A DNA stretch of 64,000 nt from an alpha proteobacterium MED-G09. Lineage in GTDB: Bacteria > Pseudomonadota > Alphaproteobacteria > MED-G09. The notes under the pieces were generated by a model that was not told the origin of the DNA, did no database searches, and worked only from the letters and a program-made list of their open reading frames with translations. Below, piece after piece: positions 50,685 to 60,773 of this stretch. Where the stretch lies: positions 147,570 through 211,569 of the forward strand of contig CAJIZT010000007.1 in the NCBI GenBank assembly GCA_905182015.1. Reading direction: 5' to 3'. Numbering within the stretch: the stretch's first letter is position 1; each line of letters begins with the position of its first letter. Made by a program: the position numbers and the translations under genes.

Positions 50685-51476
50685 ATGAAAAATTTTATAT
50701 TTAAAAGTGTTTACAATCTTTGGGTCAATAGGGTCAAGCCAATTAAAGCATTTAGAGCAATAAGGGCGCTTGATAGAAATAGGGAAGATACAACTCAAGT
50801 TTTTCATGTCATTGAAGCCTTAAAGGGTAATTCTGATAGACAATATTTTAAAATATTCTCTGAATCAAAGATTGGAAAAAATATATTACATAACAAACTT
50901 CAATTAGTTGATGTCCTTAAGGATAAGGTATACTTGTCTAAACTACCTAAGGATACCTTGGGATTTAAATATTATGAATTTATCTATAAGGAAAACCTTT
51001 CGCCAGATGAGCTGATTGAAGCTAGCGAAGCCAGTTCCGATAAGCATTACTCTAATAGAGGAATATCAGAGAATGAACTTTTCTTTAACACCAGAAAAAG
51101 AGATATGCATGATCTCTGGCATGTGGCGACGGGGTATGGAAGAGATGCTCTGGGAGAGCTCTCTCTTCTAGCCTTTACCTATGCACAAGAACAAAATCGA
51201 GGGGTAGGTGCAATTGCGCTATATGGATACTGGAAAGTTGGCAAAGTTTTAGCCGATCAGAATCTGAGTTTAAGGCAAGTAATATACGAGGGTTATACTA
51301 ATGGAAAAATTGCTAATTTATGGTCGTGTGAGGACTGGGAAAAATTAATTGAACTTCCTCTTGATGATGTTCGCAAGAGAATTAATTCAAAAAAGCCAAA
51401 TCTCTATCTCAACACCTTAGAGAAACTCAGTCTTCAACAAATAAATTTAAATAATAACCAAATTTTAACTGGCTAG
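50685..51476 (+). CDS. Coq4 family protein
   Basis: LPKDTLG..Y, HDLWHVATGYGRDALGE (HDxxH-x11-E). Confidence 0.85.
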   Translation: MKNFIFKSVYNLWVNRVKPIKAFRAIRALDRNREDTTQVFHVIEALKGNSDRQYFKIFSESKIGKNILHNKLQLVDVLKDKVYLSKLPKDTLGFKYYEFIYKENLSPDELIEASEASSDKHYSNRGISENELFFNTRKRDMHDLWHVATGYGRDALGELSLLAFTYAQEQNRGVGAIALYGYWKVGKVLADQNLSLRQVIYEGYTNGKIANLWSCEDWEKLIELPLDDVRKRINSKKPNLYLNTLEKLSLQQINLNNNQILTG

Positions 51477-51484
51477 CCTAACAA

Positions 51485-51847
51485 ATGATAACCTTTTATG
51501 GATTAAAGAACTGTGATACTTGTAACAAGGCAAGGAAATGGTTGAATTTAGATAATATTAATTTTGAATTTTTTGATCTCAGAGAGATGCCTTTATCAAA
51601 AAAAATAATCACTAAATGGCTGGAAGTTCATTCACTAGAGAAGGTTGTGAATAAACGAAGTACCACGTGGCGTAATCTTGATGAAGAATTAAGGAATAAA
51701 CTTGAAATAAATGCGATTGAAATTATGATTGAATTTCCATCTTTGGTTAAAAGACCATTTTGGGAAATAAAAGGCGTACCCAATAAGATTCTAGAACCTG
51801 GTTTTGGTTCAAGGCATCAAGATTTTATCAAAAATCAATTAGCTTAG
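51485..51847 (+). CDS. ArsC/Spx/YffB family protein
   Basis: YGLKNCDTCNKARKWL, NKRSTTWR, LVKRP. Confidence 0.9.
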   Translation: MITFYGLKNCDTCNKARKWLNLDNINFEFFDLREMPLSKKIITKWLEVHSLEKVVNKRSTTWRNLDEELRNKLEINAIEIMIEFPSLVKRPFWEIKGVPNKILEPGFGSRHQDFIKNQLA

Positions 51848-51854
51848 GTTAAAA

Positions 51855-53633
51855 ATGTTTAAAAAAATATTTAATGAGTATATTTATCTGTCTACATTTG
51901 GAAGAATTTATAAAGCTCTAAAATTACTTGATTCTAAACCAGACCTGACTATTCCTTCACAAATAGCACTCCACGCTGAAAATAATCCAAATTCTGTTGC
52001 AATTTATTTTGAAGGTGATGAGATAACGTTCGGTGATTTAATTAAGAGAGCTAATAAGTATGCTCAATGGTTTGTGGACAATAAGATGCCCAGAGGCGGT
52101 GTTGTAGCTCTAATGATGGAAAACCGACCTGAATTTTTAGCTTGCTGGATTGGTATCACACAAGTGGGTGGAACGGTAGCCCTTATAAACACTAACCTTA
52201 TCGGGCAACCCTTGGATTATTCCCTTAATATTTCGCATGCGAAGCACCTAATTCTAGGTAAGGAGCTATATGATAATTTTTCTTCAACAAGTGACAAATC
52301 TAAGAACGATTTTTCAATCTGGGTGCAGGGGAAGGGCAAGGAGTTAAATCATTATAACGATATAGATCAAGCATTAAAAACTTTACCAGATAAGATGCCT
52401 GAAATTAATTATGAGGTTAATAATACTGATAGCGCACTCTATATATACACATCAGGAACTACTGGAAATCCAAAAGCGGCAACATTATCTCACAAGAGAT
52501 TACGCTTAATGATGCTAGGATTTAAAGGTGCTTCAAGGCCAACAAGAAAAGATAGGATATACAATGTTTTACCTTTATATCATTCTGCTGGTGGCGTTAT
52601 AGCTGCAGGAATATCATTAACATCAGGCGCATCACTGGTGTTGAAGAGAAAATTTTCTGTTAATGATTTTTGGGATGATGTTCATAAATACGATGTTACC
52701 ATCTTTCAGTATATTGGAGAGCTTTGTAGGTATCTCCTTAATGCGCCCAAGCATAAGTATGAAAATAGTCATAATATTCGATTAGCCATAGGGAATGGCC
52801 TCAGGCCAGATATTTGGGAATCCTTCAAGGAGCGCTTTAAAATAAGAAATATTTTAGAATTTTATGGTGCAACTGAAGGTAATATCTCACTTATAAATTA
52901 CGACGGTAAGGTTGGCGCAATCGGAAGAATACCAAGGTATCTTGAAAAGATTCTCAATATTAATATTATTAAATTTGATATTGAAAAAGAAGAACCATTA
53001 AGGGATGAGAATGGGTTTTGTATTCCCTGCGAGAATAATGAAATAGGGGAGGCCATTGGAAAAATTGCCATGCATGGAACCTTTGAGGGGTATGTGGATA
53101 AGGTGGCGTCGAAGAAAAAAATCCTTACAAATGTTTTCGAGGAAGGTGATCAGTATTTCCGATCCGGAGATCTTCTAAGTAAGGATAAGGATGGTTATAT
53201 ATATTTTGCTGACAGAATAGGTGATACATTTCGATGGAAGGGTGAAAATGTTGCAACCTCTGAAGTTGCCGAGGCTTTTGTTGGTTTTGAGGGTGTGCTT
53301 GAGGCAAATGTTTATGGAGTTTATATTCCTGGGAGTGATGGAAAGGCGGGAATGGCAGCACTATCGACAAACAAGGATATTAATTTAATTAAGTTATATG
53401 AAAAACTTTCCTTATCCCTTCCTGCATACGCACAACCCTTAATAATTAGAATTAAAAATGAAATGGAGACTACCGGAACCTTTAAGCACCGTAAGATTGA
53501 ATTGGTTAAGGAGGGATATAGCCCAAAAAATATTTCAGAACCATTATATTTTTGCGACCATCAATCCAAGAAATATATTCCATTAGATAGCAATCTTTTT
53601 GATAGAATTCAGAATCAAGAACTAAAGCTCTAA
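51855..53633 (+). CDS. Long-chain acyl-CoA synthetase (FATP/VLACS type)
   Basis: YIYTSGTTGNPK, LPLYHS, QYIGELCRYL, GNGLRP, DRIGDTFRWKGENV. Confidence 0.93.
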   Translation: MFKKIFNEYIYLSTFGRIYKALKLLDSKPDLTIPSQIALHAENNPNSVAIYFEGDEITFGDLIKRANKYAQWFVDNKMPRGGVVALMMENRPEFLACWIGITQVGGTVALINTNLIGQPLDYSLNISHAKHLILGKELYDNFSSTSDKSKNDFSIWVQGKGKELNHYNDIDQALKTLPDKMPEINYEVNNTDSALYIYTSGTTGNPKAATLSHKRLRLMMLGFKGASRPTRKDRIYNVLPLYHSAGGVIAAGISLTSGASLVLKRKFSVNDFWDDVHKYDVTIFQYIGELCRYLLNAPKHKYENSHNIRLAIGNGLRPDIWESFKERFKIRNILEFYGATEGNISLINYDGKVGAIGRIPRYLEKILNINIIKFDIEKEEPLRDENGFCIPCENNEIGEAIGKIAMHGTFEGYVDKVASKKKILTNVFEEGDQYFRSGDLLSKDKDGYIYFADRIGDTFRWKGENVATSEVAEAFVGFEGVLEANVYGVYIPGSDGKAGMAALSTNKDINLIKLYEKLSLSLPAYAQPLIIRIKNEMETTGTFKHRKIELVKEGYSPKNISEPLYFCDHQSKKYIPLDSNLFDRIQNQELKL

Positions 53634-53655
53634 AATATATTTTTAAATTCTATAT

Positions 53656-54411
53656 TTAATTTTTTATTAAAAAAAGAATTATTCTTTTCCATCTAAAATA
53701 AGCAAGAATTATAGCCGTAGAAAAACCTGTTAAAAATCCAGTAAAATGTCTCCTGATAATATAATATTTTAAGAATGCCAAAGGAAACTCAGTCAATAAT
53801 CTTAAGAGAAGTATAAGTTTATTGGTTTTTTTTAAAGACGATGCTTGCATTTTTATATAATTATCTTCTTTTTCTATTAAATGCTTAAAAGATCTAACAG
53901 ATTTATGAAAAACTGGATTTTTTAAAGCTATAATTTTTTTAGAACCTGTTTCGACAGAATCGTGAACTTTAGATTCTGAAAATCTTCCAAATTCAATATT
54001 ATATAATCTGACACAAAGATGATGAGCTGATAATAATCTCGGCTTACTCCAGTTTGGATATATAGGTACTACCCTCATTGAATAAAAACTCTCTTCAACA
54101 TTATTTAGAAACAACTCTCTAATTTCATTTTGAAGTTCAGTAGTAAGATACTCATCTGCATCAAGATTAAGCAACCATTTATTTCTAGCACAATTCTCAC
54201 CAAAACGTTTTTGAGGACCAAAACCACGCCATTCATTAAAAAGAACCTTACAGCCCATCTCTTCAGAAATTTTTTGAGTACCATCAGTTGAGCCTGAATC
54301 AATAACAATAATTTCATCTACAAGATCTTTTACGGACTGAATTGTATTATCTATCCTATCAGCCTCATTCTGAGCAATAATAAAGCAACTAATTGGAAGT
54401 TTTTTATTCAT
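53656..54411 (-). CDS. GT2 glycosyltransferase (KdtX/WaaE-like, LPS core)
   Basis: IIAQNE, DSGSTDGT, W.GFGPQK, LDADE, VHD. Confidence 0.88.
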   Translation of the reverse strand: MNKKLPISCFIIAQNEADRIDNTIQSVKDLVDEIIVIDSGSTDGTQKISEEMGCKVLFNEWRGFGPQKRFGENCARNKWLLNLDADEYLTTELQNEIRELFLNNVEESFYSMRVVPIYPNWSKPRLLSAHHLCVRLYNIEFGRFSESKVHDSVETGSKKIIALKNPVFHKSVRSFKHLIEKEDNYIKMQASSLKKTNKLILLLRLLTEFPLAFLKYYIIRRHFTGFLTGFSTAIILAYFRWKRIILFLIKN

Positions 54412-54505
54412 TTCTAATGCCTAGTAATAATTTTTATAACTTCTTAATAATGGATTATTATTATATAATATAATAGATTTTTTTAGTAAACTTTTGGGGG
54501 AATTG

Positions 54506-56425
54506 ATGAAAATTTTTACTTTTATTTTTTGTTTATTTTTTTCGTCTTTATTAGGCGCGGAAAATGCTGATATAAAACAAGATTATATAATTGATGAGAA
54601 TGCTAAGGTTAGAGAGTCTGCAGACGAGTTAATTGTTCGAGAAATTACAATTGATCCGGAAACGCACCCTGGTAATGCTCTTTATCAAGAAAATTGTGCA
54701 ATTTGTCATGATGGTACTATAGAAAAAGCACCAGCGGCAAATTGGCTAGAAATGCTTATACCTCAGGCTTTATTAAGAACAATAAATGGAGGTATTATGT
54801 CTGAACAAGCCTCTCATTTATCAGAAGAAGAAAAGATTCAAATTGTTGAATATATTGTAAGGCAGGATAGGAAAGATTTTCCTAAAGAAGCAGACCTTAA
54901 TTATTGTGATTCTAGTAATATGAATTTTAACCTAAAAGAGGCCCCCGAGCCCTATGGATGGGGTTATAATACTTCAAGATTCATCCCCAAAAAATCTGGA
55001 GGAATTGACTCCAAAAATATTAAAAAATTAAAATTAAAGTGGGCTTTTGGGTTTCCATATTCTCAGAGAGCTAGGTCCCAACCACTTTTTGCTATGGGTT
55101 CAATTTTTGTTGGAAGTCAATCAGGTGATATTTATGCTCTTGATGTTGAAACAGGGTGTGTAAAATGGAATTTTTCTGCTTCAGGCGAAGTTCGTACGGG
55201 TATTATAATGGATCAGTGGGAGAATGGGAAAAAACCTAATAACAATCCATATATTTATTTTGGTGATATACTTGCTAATGAATATGCTCTAGATGCTCAA
55301 ACAGGCGAATTAATTTGGAAAATAAAATCAGATGACCATCCAAATGCCACCCGAACAGCGACCTCTGCAAAATTTGAGAATATTCTCTTTATACCCATTT
55401 CTGGGCTAGAAGTTATTCCGGCTTTTGACGATGAATATGAGTGCTGTAAATTTAGAGGTGGACTTTTAGCTGTTGAAGCAAGGACAGGAAAAACTTTATG
55501 GAAACAGCATTCAATACCTGTGCCAGCTAAGTATTCTGGAAAAACATCTGTTGGAACAAGAATGTTCGGACCATCTGGAGCTCCAATCTGGACTTCACCT
55601 AATGTGGATAAGAAAAGACGTTACGTATACATTGGAACAGGTGAAAACTATTCGACTCCCGCTGATGACTCCTCAGATGCTATTATTGCTTATAATATTG
55701 ATACAGGAGAAGAGGTTTGGAGAAGGCAAACTTTAGCGGGGGATGCTTGGAATCTTGCTTGCATGGGAAAAGGCCTTGCTAATTGTCCTAAAGAATTTGG
55801 TCCTGATATGGATTATTCTGCAAGTTCAATAATGATTGACCTAGGGGATAGAGACATTCTTGTTGCAGGTCAAAAATCTGGATCTGTTTATGGGTTAGAT
55901 CCAGATACAGGAGAGATTTTATGGTCGACCGTTGTCTCAGGTGGTGGGACTCAAGGTGGTATTCATTTTGGGATGGCGGCTGAAGGAAAAACCGTCTATG
56001 TCCCAATAAATGATATGAAAAATACGTATGATGGAAAAGTTTGGCAAAATCGTAAACCCGGTATGCATTCTTTAGATGCAGAAACCGGTAATATTTTATG
56101 GTCAAATATCACTAATAAAGAATGTAAGGAAATAGACTTTAATTGTGATCCAGGTGTTTCAGCAGCGGTCACAGCTATCCCTGGAGCGGTAATCGTAGGT
56201 CACTTAGATGGTAATATTAGAATTTATGATAAAAAAAATGGAAACATTATTTGGACTTATAATTCTTTAAAGGATTTTGATAGTATATCTGGAACACCTG
56301 CCTCTGGAGGAAGTTTTAGTGGATCAGGCCCGTCAGTTAGAAATGGGCATATGGCAATTAACTCTGGCTATGGTATTTACAACCACATGCCTGGGAATGC
56401 TTTATTATTGTTCTCAGTCGATTAA
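54506..56425 (+). CDS. PQQ quinohemoprotein, polyvinyl alcohol dehydrogenase-like (N-terminal cytochrome c)
   Basis: Signal peptide, CAICH heme motif, LKLKWAF, YECCKFRG, GPSGAPIW, GTGENYS, GPDMD, GQKSG, MPGNALL. Confidence 0.85.
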   Translation: MKIFTFIFCLFFSSLLGAENADIKQDYIIDENAKVRESADELIVREITIDPETHPGNALYQENCAICHDGTIEKAPAANWLEMLIPQALLRTINGGIMSEQASHLSEEEKIQIVEYIVRQDRKDFPKEADLNYCDSSNMNFNLKEAPEPYGWGYNTSRFIPKKSGGIDSKNIKKLKLKWAFGFPYSQRARSQPLFAMGSIFVGSQSGDIYALDVETGCVKWNFSASGEVRTGIIMDQWENGKKPNNNPYIYFGDILANEYALDAQTGELIWKIKSDDHPNATRTATSAKFENILFIPISGLEVIPAFDDEYECCKFRGGLLAVEARTGKTLWKQHSIPVPAKYSGKTSVGTRMFGPSGAPIWTSPNVDKKRRYVYIGTGENYSTPADDSSDAIIAYNIDTGEEVWRRQTLAGDAWNLACMGKGLANCPKEFGPDMDYSASSIMIDLGDRDILVAGQKSGSVYGLDPDTGEILWSTVVSGGGTQGGIHFGMAAEGKTVYVPINDMKNTYDGKVWQNRKPGMHSLDAETGNILWSNITNKECKEIDFNCDPGVSAAVTAIPGAVIVGHLDGNIRIYDKKNGNIIWTYNSLKDFDSISGTPASGGSFSGSGPSVRNGHMAINSGYGIYNHMPGNALLLFSVD

Positions 56426-56426
56426 C

Positions 56427-57473
56427 TTACGAAGCAACATTTCCATGTTTTTGAAAAGCTTTTTCAATATCGCTGTATATTTCTTCTGTTAAATTAATCT
56501 CAACAGAAGTTACTGCAAGTTTGAGTTGTTCCATATTAGTCGCACCTATTATATTTGAAGTAACAAATGGTTTTGAGGTTACAAATTGATTTGCCAATTG
56601 AGACGGGTCAATATTATATTTCGTTCCTATATCAAGATAAGCTTGAATTGCATCTTCTGCATAAGGACCTTCATATCTTTGTAATCTATCAAAAAGTTCT
56701 TTTCTAGAACCCTTTGGCAATGCCCCATTTTGATATTTACCTGACAAATATCCTTGGGCTATTGGAGAGTAAGCCAATAAACCAACATCCTCTCTATGAG
56801 AAATTTCTGACCCACCCACTTCAAAAGTTCTATTAAGTAAATTGTAAGCATTTTGAATTGATTGGACTCTAGGTTTAGAAGAATTATTTGAGTGATGAAG
56901 AAATTTCATTGTACCCCAAGGAGTTTCGTTTGATAAACCTATATAACGAATTTTTCCTAATTTAACTAACTCTTCTAAGGATTCTAGAATTATACTAATA
57001 TCATTGGCGGGCTTATCAATGTGTTCGTAATTAATACCCCCACCACCAAATAAATTCATTGGTCGATCTGGCCAATGAAGTTGATAAAGATCAATATAAT
57101 CAACCCCTAACCTGGATAGACTTTTATCAACGGCCTCAAAAATTTGTTCCCTTGATTGTTCAGTTGATATATCGCCATCCCTTAGCCAGTTAAGTGGTGA
57201 TCTTCCTGATACCTTTGTGGCAAGAATAACTTTATCCCTAGACTTTCTTTGTTTAAACCAAGACCCAATAATTTTTTCTGTTGATCCCTGGGTTTCTTTT
57301 TTAGGAGGAACAGCATACATTTCAGCTGTATCAAAGAAATTTATTCCCATATCCATGGCATAATCCATCTGCTGGTGACCCTCGCTTTCTGTATTTTGCT
57401 GCCCCCATGTCATGGTACCCAAACATATTTTACTAACCTCTATATCTGTTTTTCCTAATTTTCTTTTTTCCAT
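56427..57473 (-). CDS. Tas-like aldo/keto reductase
   Basis: CLGTMTWG, DTAEMY, DLYQLHWP, GLSNETPWG, LLAYSP. Confidence 0.92.
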   Translation of the reverse strand: MEKRKLGKTDIEVSKICLGTMTWGQQNTESEGHQQMDYAMDMGINFFDTAEMYAVPPKKETQGSTEKIIGSWFKQRKSRDKVILATKVSGRSPLNWLRDGDISTEQSREQIFEAVDKSLSRLGVDYIDLYQLHWPDRPMNLFGGGGINYEHIDKPANDISIILESLEELVKLGKIRYIGLSNETPWGTMKFLHHSNNSSKPRVQSIQNAYNLLNRTFEVGGSEISHREDVGLLAYSPIAQGYLSGKYQNGALPKGSRKELFDRLQRYEGPYAEDAIQAYLDIGTKYNIDPSQLANQFVTSKPFVTSNIIGATNMEQLKLAVTSVEINLTEEIYSDIEKAFQKHGNVAS

Positions 57474-57509
57474 TCTATCCTCCTTTTATTTATAATTTCT
57501 GTAATTAAA

Positions 57510-58187
57510 TCACCACTCCAGTAAGCCTTCGTTAGTCCTTAACCAGTCTTTTCTCAGCTTATAATCTGGCAAAATATTTTCGACACTTTCCCAGAAATTC
57601 TTTGAATGATTAAAATGAATGAGATGGCATAACTCATGAACAATAACATATTCAATGATTTTTTCTGGCGCCATTATTAACTTCCAGTTGAAAGAAATAT
57701 CTTTCCTATAAGAGCAAGTTCCCCACCTCCCTTTATATGAACGAACTTTAATTTTTTCAGGTTCGACATTTATACTGCTAGCAATAAACATTGTTTTTTC
57801 TGTAAGAATTTGTAAGGCATATTTTCTATAAGTTTTTTCTAATACCGCTTTAACCTTAGATTTATTGTTTATATCTTTTTCTTTCATTACTATTTGAATA
57901 GCAGAATCATCAATATAGTTTTTTTTATTTTTGAGTATGGTAATGTTTAATTTGCACTCTTTTCCCATGAAAAGAAAATTCTCGCTATTTAAAAATTTTT
58001 TTCTTTTTGGAGCTATTATTTTATTTTGAATATCAACTTTCTTTTTTATCCAAGACATTTTTTTTTGAATAAAAGAATCTATTTCAACCTGGGTTATATG
58101 TTGAGGTGCTCGTACATCAATCAAACCATTTTTTATTTGAATGGATATTGTTTTTTTTCTTTTGGTTTTTTTTATTACAATATTCAT
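57510..58187 (-). CDS. YgjP/DUF45 (M48/SprT-like) metal-dependent hydrolase
   Basis: RWGTCS, YVIVHELCHL, NHSKNFW. Confidence 0.9.
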   Translation of the reverse strand: MNIVIKKTKRKKTISIQIKNGLIDVRAPQHITQVEIDSFIQKKMSWIKKKVDIQNKIIAPKRKKFLNSENFLFMGKECKLNITILKNKKNYIDDSAIQIVMKEKDINNKSKVKAVLEKTYRKYALQILTEKTMFIASSINVEPEKIKVRSYKGRWGTCSYRKDISFNWKLIMAPEKIIEYVIVHELCHLIHFNHSKNFWESVENILPDYKLRKDWLRTNEGLLEW

Positions 58188-58279
58188 TAAGTTTTTTTTA
58201 AGATGATTTATTTAAAAATAACAGAATATAATTAATTTATTAAATTCAGATTTGGTTAATTAAGAATACCTTCGAATAA

Positions 58280-58356
58280 TGGTGATCCCGACAAGATTCG
58301 AACTTGTGACCCCCAGATTAGGAATCTGGTGCTCTATCCTGCTGAGCTACGGGACC
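58280..58356 (-). tRNA. tRNA-Arg(CCT)
   Basis: GGTCCCG/CGGGATC acceptor, CCAGA-TTCCTAA-TCTGG anticodon arm, GTTCGAATC, CCA. Confidence 0.97.
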
Positions 58357-58424
58357 ATAATTCGAGACTATAAAGATACTTATTAAAATCAAGTCTTAAT
58401 AAATTAAAGGCTAGAGTTGTTTAT

Positions 58425-59498
58425 TTATAAAGGTGCCCAAGCCAAAAGACTAGAATCATTTGGACTAGAGTTTGGAACTAATTTTACATCAGCTTCCTCC
58501 GCCATTGCTTTGTAATCAAGCCATGAAACAACAGCCTCTACCGGAGTCCCTGGACCTGAGTCAAATATTAAAGGACCATAAATATTAGCAGTATAGATTA
58601 GATCTTCTTCTGAAACTCTTTGAGTGGCCTCATGCCTTGCACCAGCAGGCTCATAAAACCAAATCCCAGGCCCATAACCTTCGGGAGGACCAGATCTAAC
58701 TCCTAATGCTCCATTTAGAACAAGAAAATCACTTGCACCTATATGCGTATGGGGCAGGGCAACTCCATTATGCTTAACAATCATTGAAACAAAACCCGTC
58801 TCCTCACTTACCCTTAAAAGTTTTAGCCCAACATCTGGCATACTTGGCATTACCAGCCATGGTATTTCTCTTGTATCTACAAAATGTGGATGTGTTACTT
58901 TTGAGGATATAACAGATCCTGATTCAGAATTTACCAAAGCCTTTGCATTTGAAGAGGCAATAGTTAAAGGCTCTGCAGGACCATTATATGATTCTTCCGA
59001 TTCTCTTTCCCAGCATTCTTTGCTTGAGTTTGGGACAAGGGGAATTTTATTTTTCTTTGCCAATTGAAGAATATCATTGCTTGTTAAAACTGATTGTATA
59101 GCTTGATTATCATCTAAAAAAGCAACTGCACTATAAAAATTAGCTAATACCTCACAATCTTCATCAGCATTTATAGAATTAACTTTGGAATTAGCAGGAA
59201 TAAATCCCCATGTTCCAGGAGCTAGAATACTTTCTTGTTTATCTTGCCTATAGGTTAATTGACCCGACAAAACCATTAGATCCATTCCACCTAAGTAAAT
59301 AGAACTTGGAAAGCTAGAACCTTTATCAAGCTTAAAAATTAAAGAAAACATTCCGCTTTCAGAGCTGGCTCTGACCGGCTTAATTGATAGGCCTTTTACA
59401 TTATCTAGAGATATCCATGGAAGTTTATTGGTATCTAAAGACCCTTCTGCGCCATTAGGATTATAATCTGGATTAAAAGCTTCTTCTGTATTACTCAT
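58425..59498 (-). CDS. Tandem (bi)cupin protein, 2,4'-dihydroxyacetophenone dioxygenase/ChrR-like
   Basis: Two repeats starting DT...PW; C-terminal copy has PHTH and YEPAGARH. Confidence 0.7.
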   Translation of the reverse strand: MSNTEEAFNPDYNPNGAEGSLDTNKLPWISLDNVKGLSIKPVRASSESGMFSLIFKLDKGSSFPSSIYLGGMDLMVLSGQLTYRQDKQESILAPGTWGFIPANSKVNSINADEDCEVLANFYSAVAFLDDNQAIQSVLTSNDILQLAKKNKIPLVPNSSKECWERESEESYNGPAEPLTIASSNAKALVNSESGSVISSKVTHPHFVDTREIPWLVMPSMPDVGLKLLRVSEETGFVSMIVKHNGVALPHTHIGASDFLVLNGALGVRSGPPEGYGPGIWFYEPAGARHEATQRVSEEDLIYTANIYGPLIFDSGPGTPVEAVVSWLDYKAMAEEADVKLVPNSSPNDSSLLAWAPL

Positions 59499-59567
59499 TG
59501 TATTTCCCCCTCAAGCTTTCATTTTGTAGGAAGTATAGCCTCATAGTCAAGCATAAGTTTATTAATC

Positions 59568-60722
59568 TTAGATTTTGTTTTTTGACAATTTATCGACCCA
59601 TTTATGATAATGTTGCTGTATAGGTTCATTCCTTCCAAATAAAAATTCTTCGTTAGCCTTAGAATTTATACTATCTTGTATTTTAAAATTTATTGGGTAA
59701 TCTTCATCTTCTATAGATACCAAAGCTAATTCAGCAAAATTTTCAGCCTCTTTTATTTCTTCTTTTGTCTTTGGTTCTTTTAAACATAAAATATATTGAC
59801 TAGTAATAGTTCCCTGTAGATCAGAAGTTGGGTAAACTATACTCACTAAGCAATGCTGATTTTGGATTGCTGAGATTGATGAATTAGGAAAAACTGAGTG
59901 GATTAGTCTTAAATGATTCTCTGGATCCCAATCTTTTTCATCAATATCTGAGAGTTCATTAATATTCTTTAACCCAAAGGCAAATCTTTGGTGAGGACCG
60001 AAAGTATCGTGAGCGATAAGATTAACTATAGTATTCTTTCCAACAGTCTCAGGATGAACCATATGATGATGATACCCGTCTAAGTAACCATCCCAGCATA
60101 TTTTCCATCTAGGACCGCTTAGTTTTAAATCTTTAAAAAGATGCCAGTTTTTTAGATCGATATCATCTAGCTCATCATCGAAACCATTCATCCAATCATC
60201 AAGATTATATTTTATATCGGGATTTAGGCAGACCCAAACAAAACCAGACCTTTCCTCACAGAACAATTCAGTTAATTTTATTTTTGATTTATCAATATCT
60301 CCAAATGTTTCTGATTTAAAAATATTAATTAACTGACCTTTATTATCATACATCCACCCATGATAGGTGCAATTGAATTTAGTTTTCTCTCCCGTTCCTT
60401 CAGGACAAACAGGAGCCCCCCTATGCTTACAAATATTAATAAAAGCTCTAACCGCCCCATCCTTATCTCTTGTTATAAGCACAGGAGTATCAATTGCCTT
60501 AGTAGCTTTATAGGAGCCATTTTCTTTGAGCTCGACACTTAAGGCTATTGGTACAGGGTGATCATAGAAAATTTTATTAACTTGTGACCTTATAACATCC
60601 TCATTTGTGTAATCAGATACTGGCTTTACCATTATCTCTTCAGCTTGGTCTGTAGAACCGTTTAGATTATGATTCAATAATCTTCTAGCTATAGCAATTA
60701 ATTTTTCTTTTTGATGCGCCAT
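59568..60722 (-). CDS. Rieske non-heme iron oxygenase alpha subunit
   Basis: NICKHRG...CTYHGW Rieske motif, DGYHHHMVH mononuclear Fe ligands, C-terminal EDED. Confidence 0.92.
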   Translation of the reverse strand: MAHQKEKLIAIARRLLNHNLNGSTDQAEEIMVKPVSDYTNEDVIRSQVNKIFYDHPVPIALSVELKENGSYKATKAIDTPVLITRDKDGAVRAFINICKHRGAPVCPEGTGEKTKFNCTYHGWMYDNKGQLINIFKSETFGDIDKSKIKLTELFCEERSGFVWVCLNPDIKYNLDDWMNGFDDELDDIDLKNWHLFKDLKLSGPRWKICWDGYLDGYHHHMVHPETVGKNTIVNLIAHDTFGPHQRFAFGLKNINELSDIDEKDWDPENHLRLIHSVFPNSSISAIQNQHCLVSIVYPTSDLQGTITSQYILCLKEPKTKEEIKEAENFAELALVSIEDEDYPINFKIQDSINSKANEEFLFGRNEPIQQHYHKWVDKLSKNKI

Positions 60723-60773
60723 ACTTAATAACCTAGAGATAATTTTTTTACTGTTGAATTATAATTGATAAAT

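Noticed and set aside
54454-54474. AT palindrome between the GT2 and quinohemoprotein genes
   Set aside because: It is low-complexity ATT/AAT sequence expected by chance.
50580-58279. Genomic island between tRNA-Leu and tRNA-Arg
   Set aside because: I saw no integrase, no duplicated tRNA 3' end and no evident composition shift.
50535-58330. tRNA-Leu and tRNA-Arg share the anticodon stem CCAGA/TCTGG
   Set aside because: This is a common stem sequence, and the tRNA bodies are otherwise unrelated (class II versus class I).
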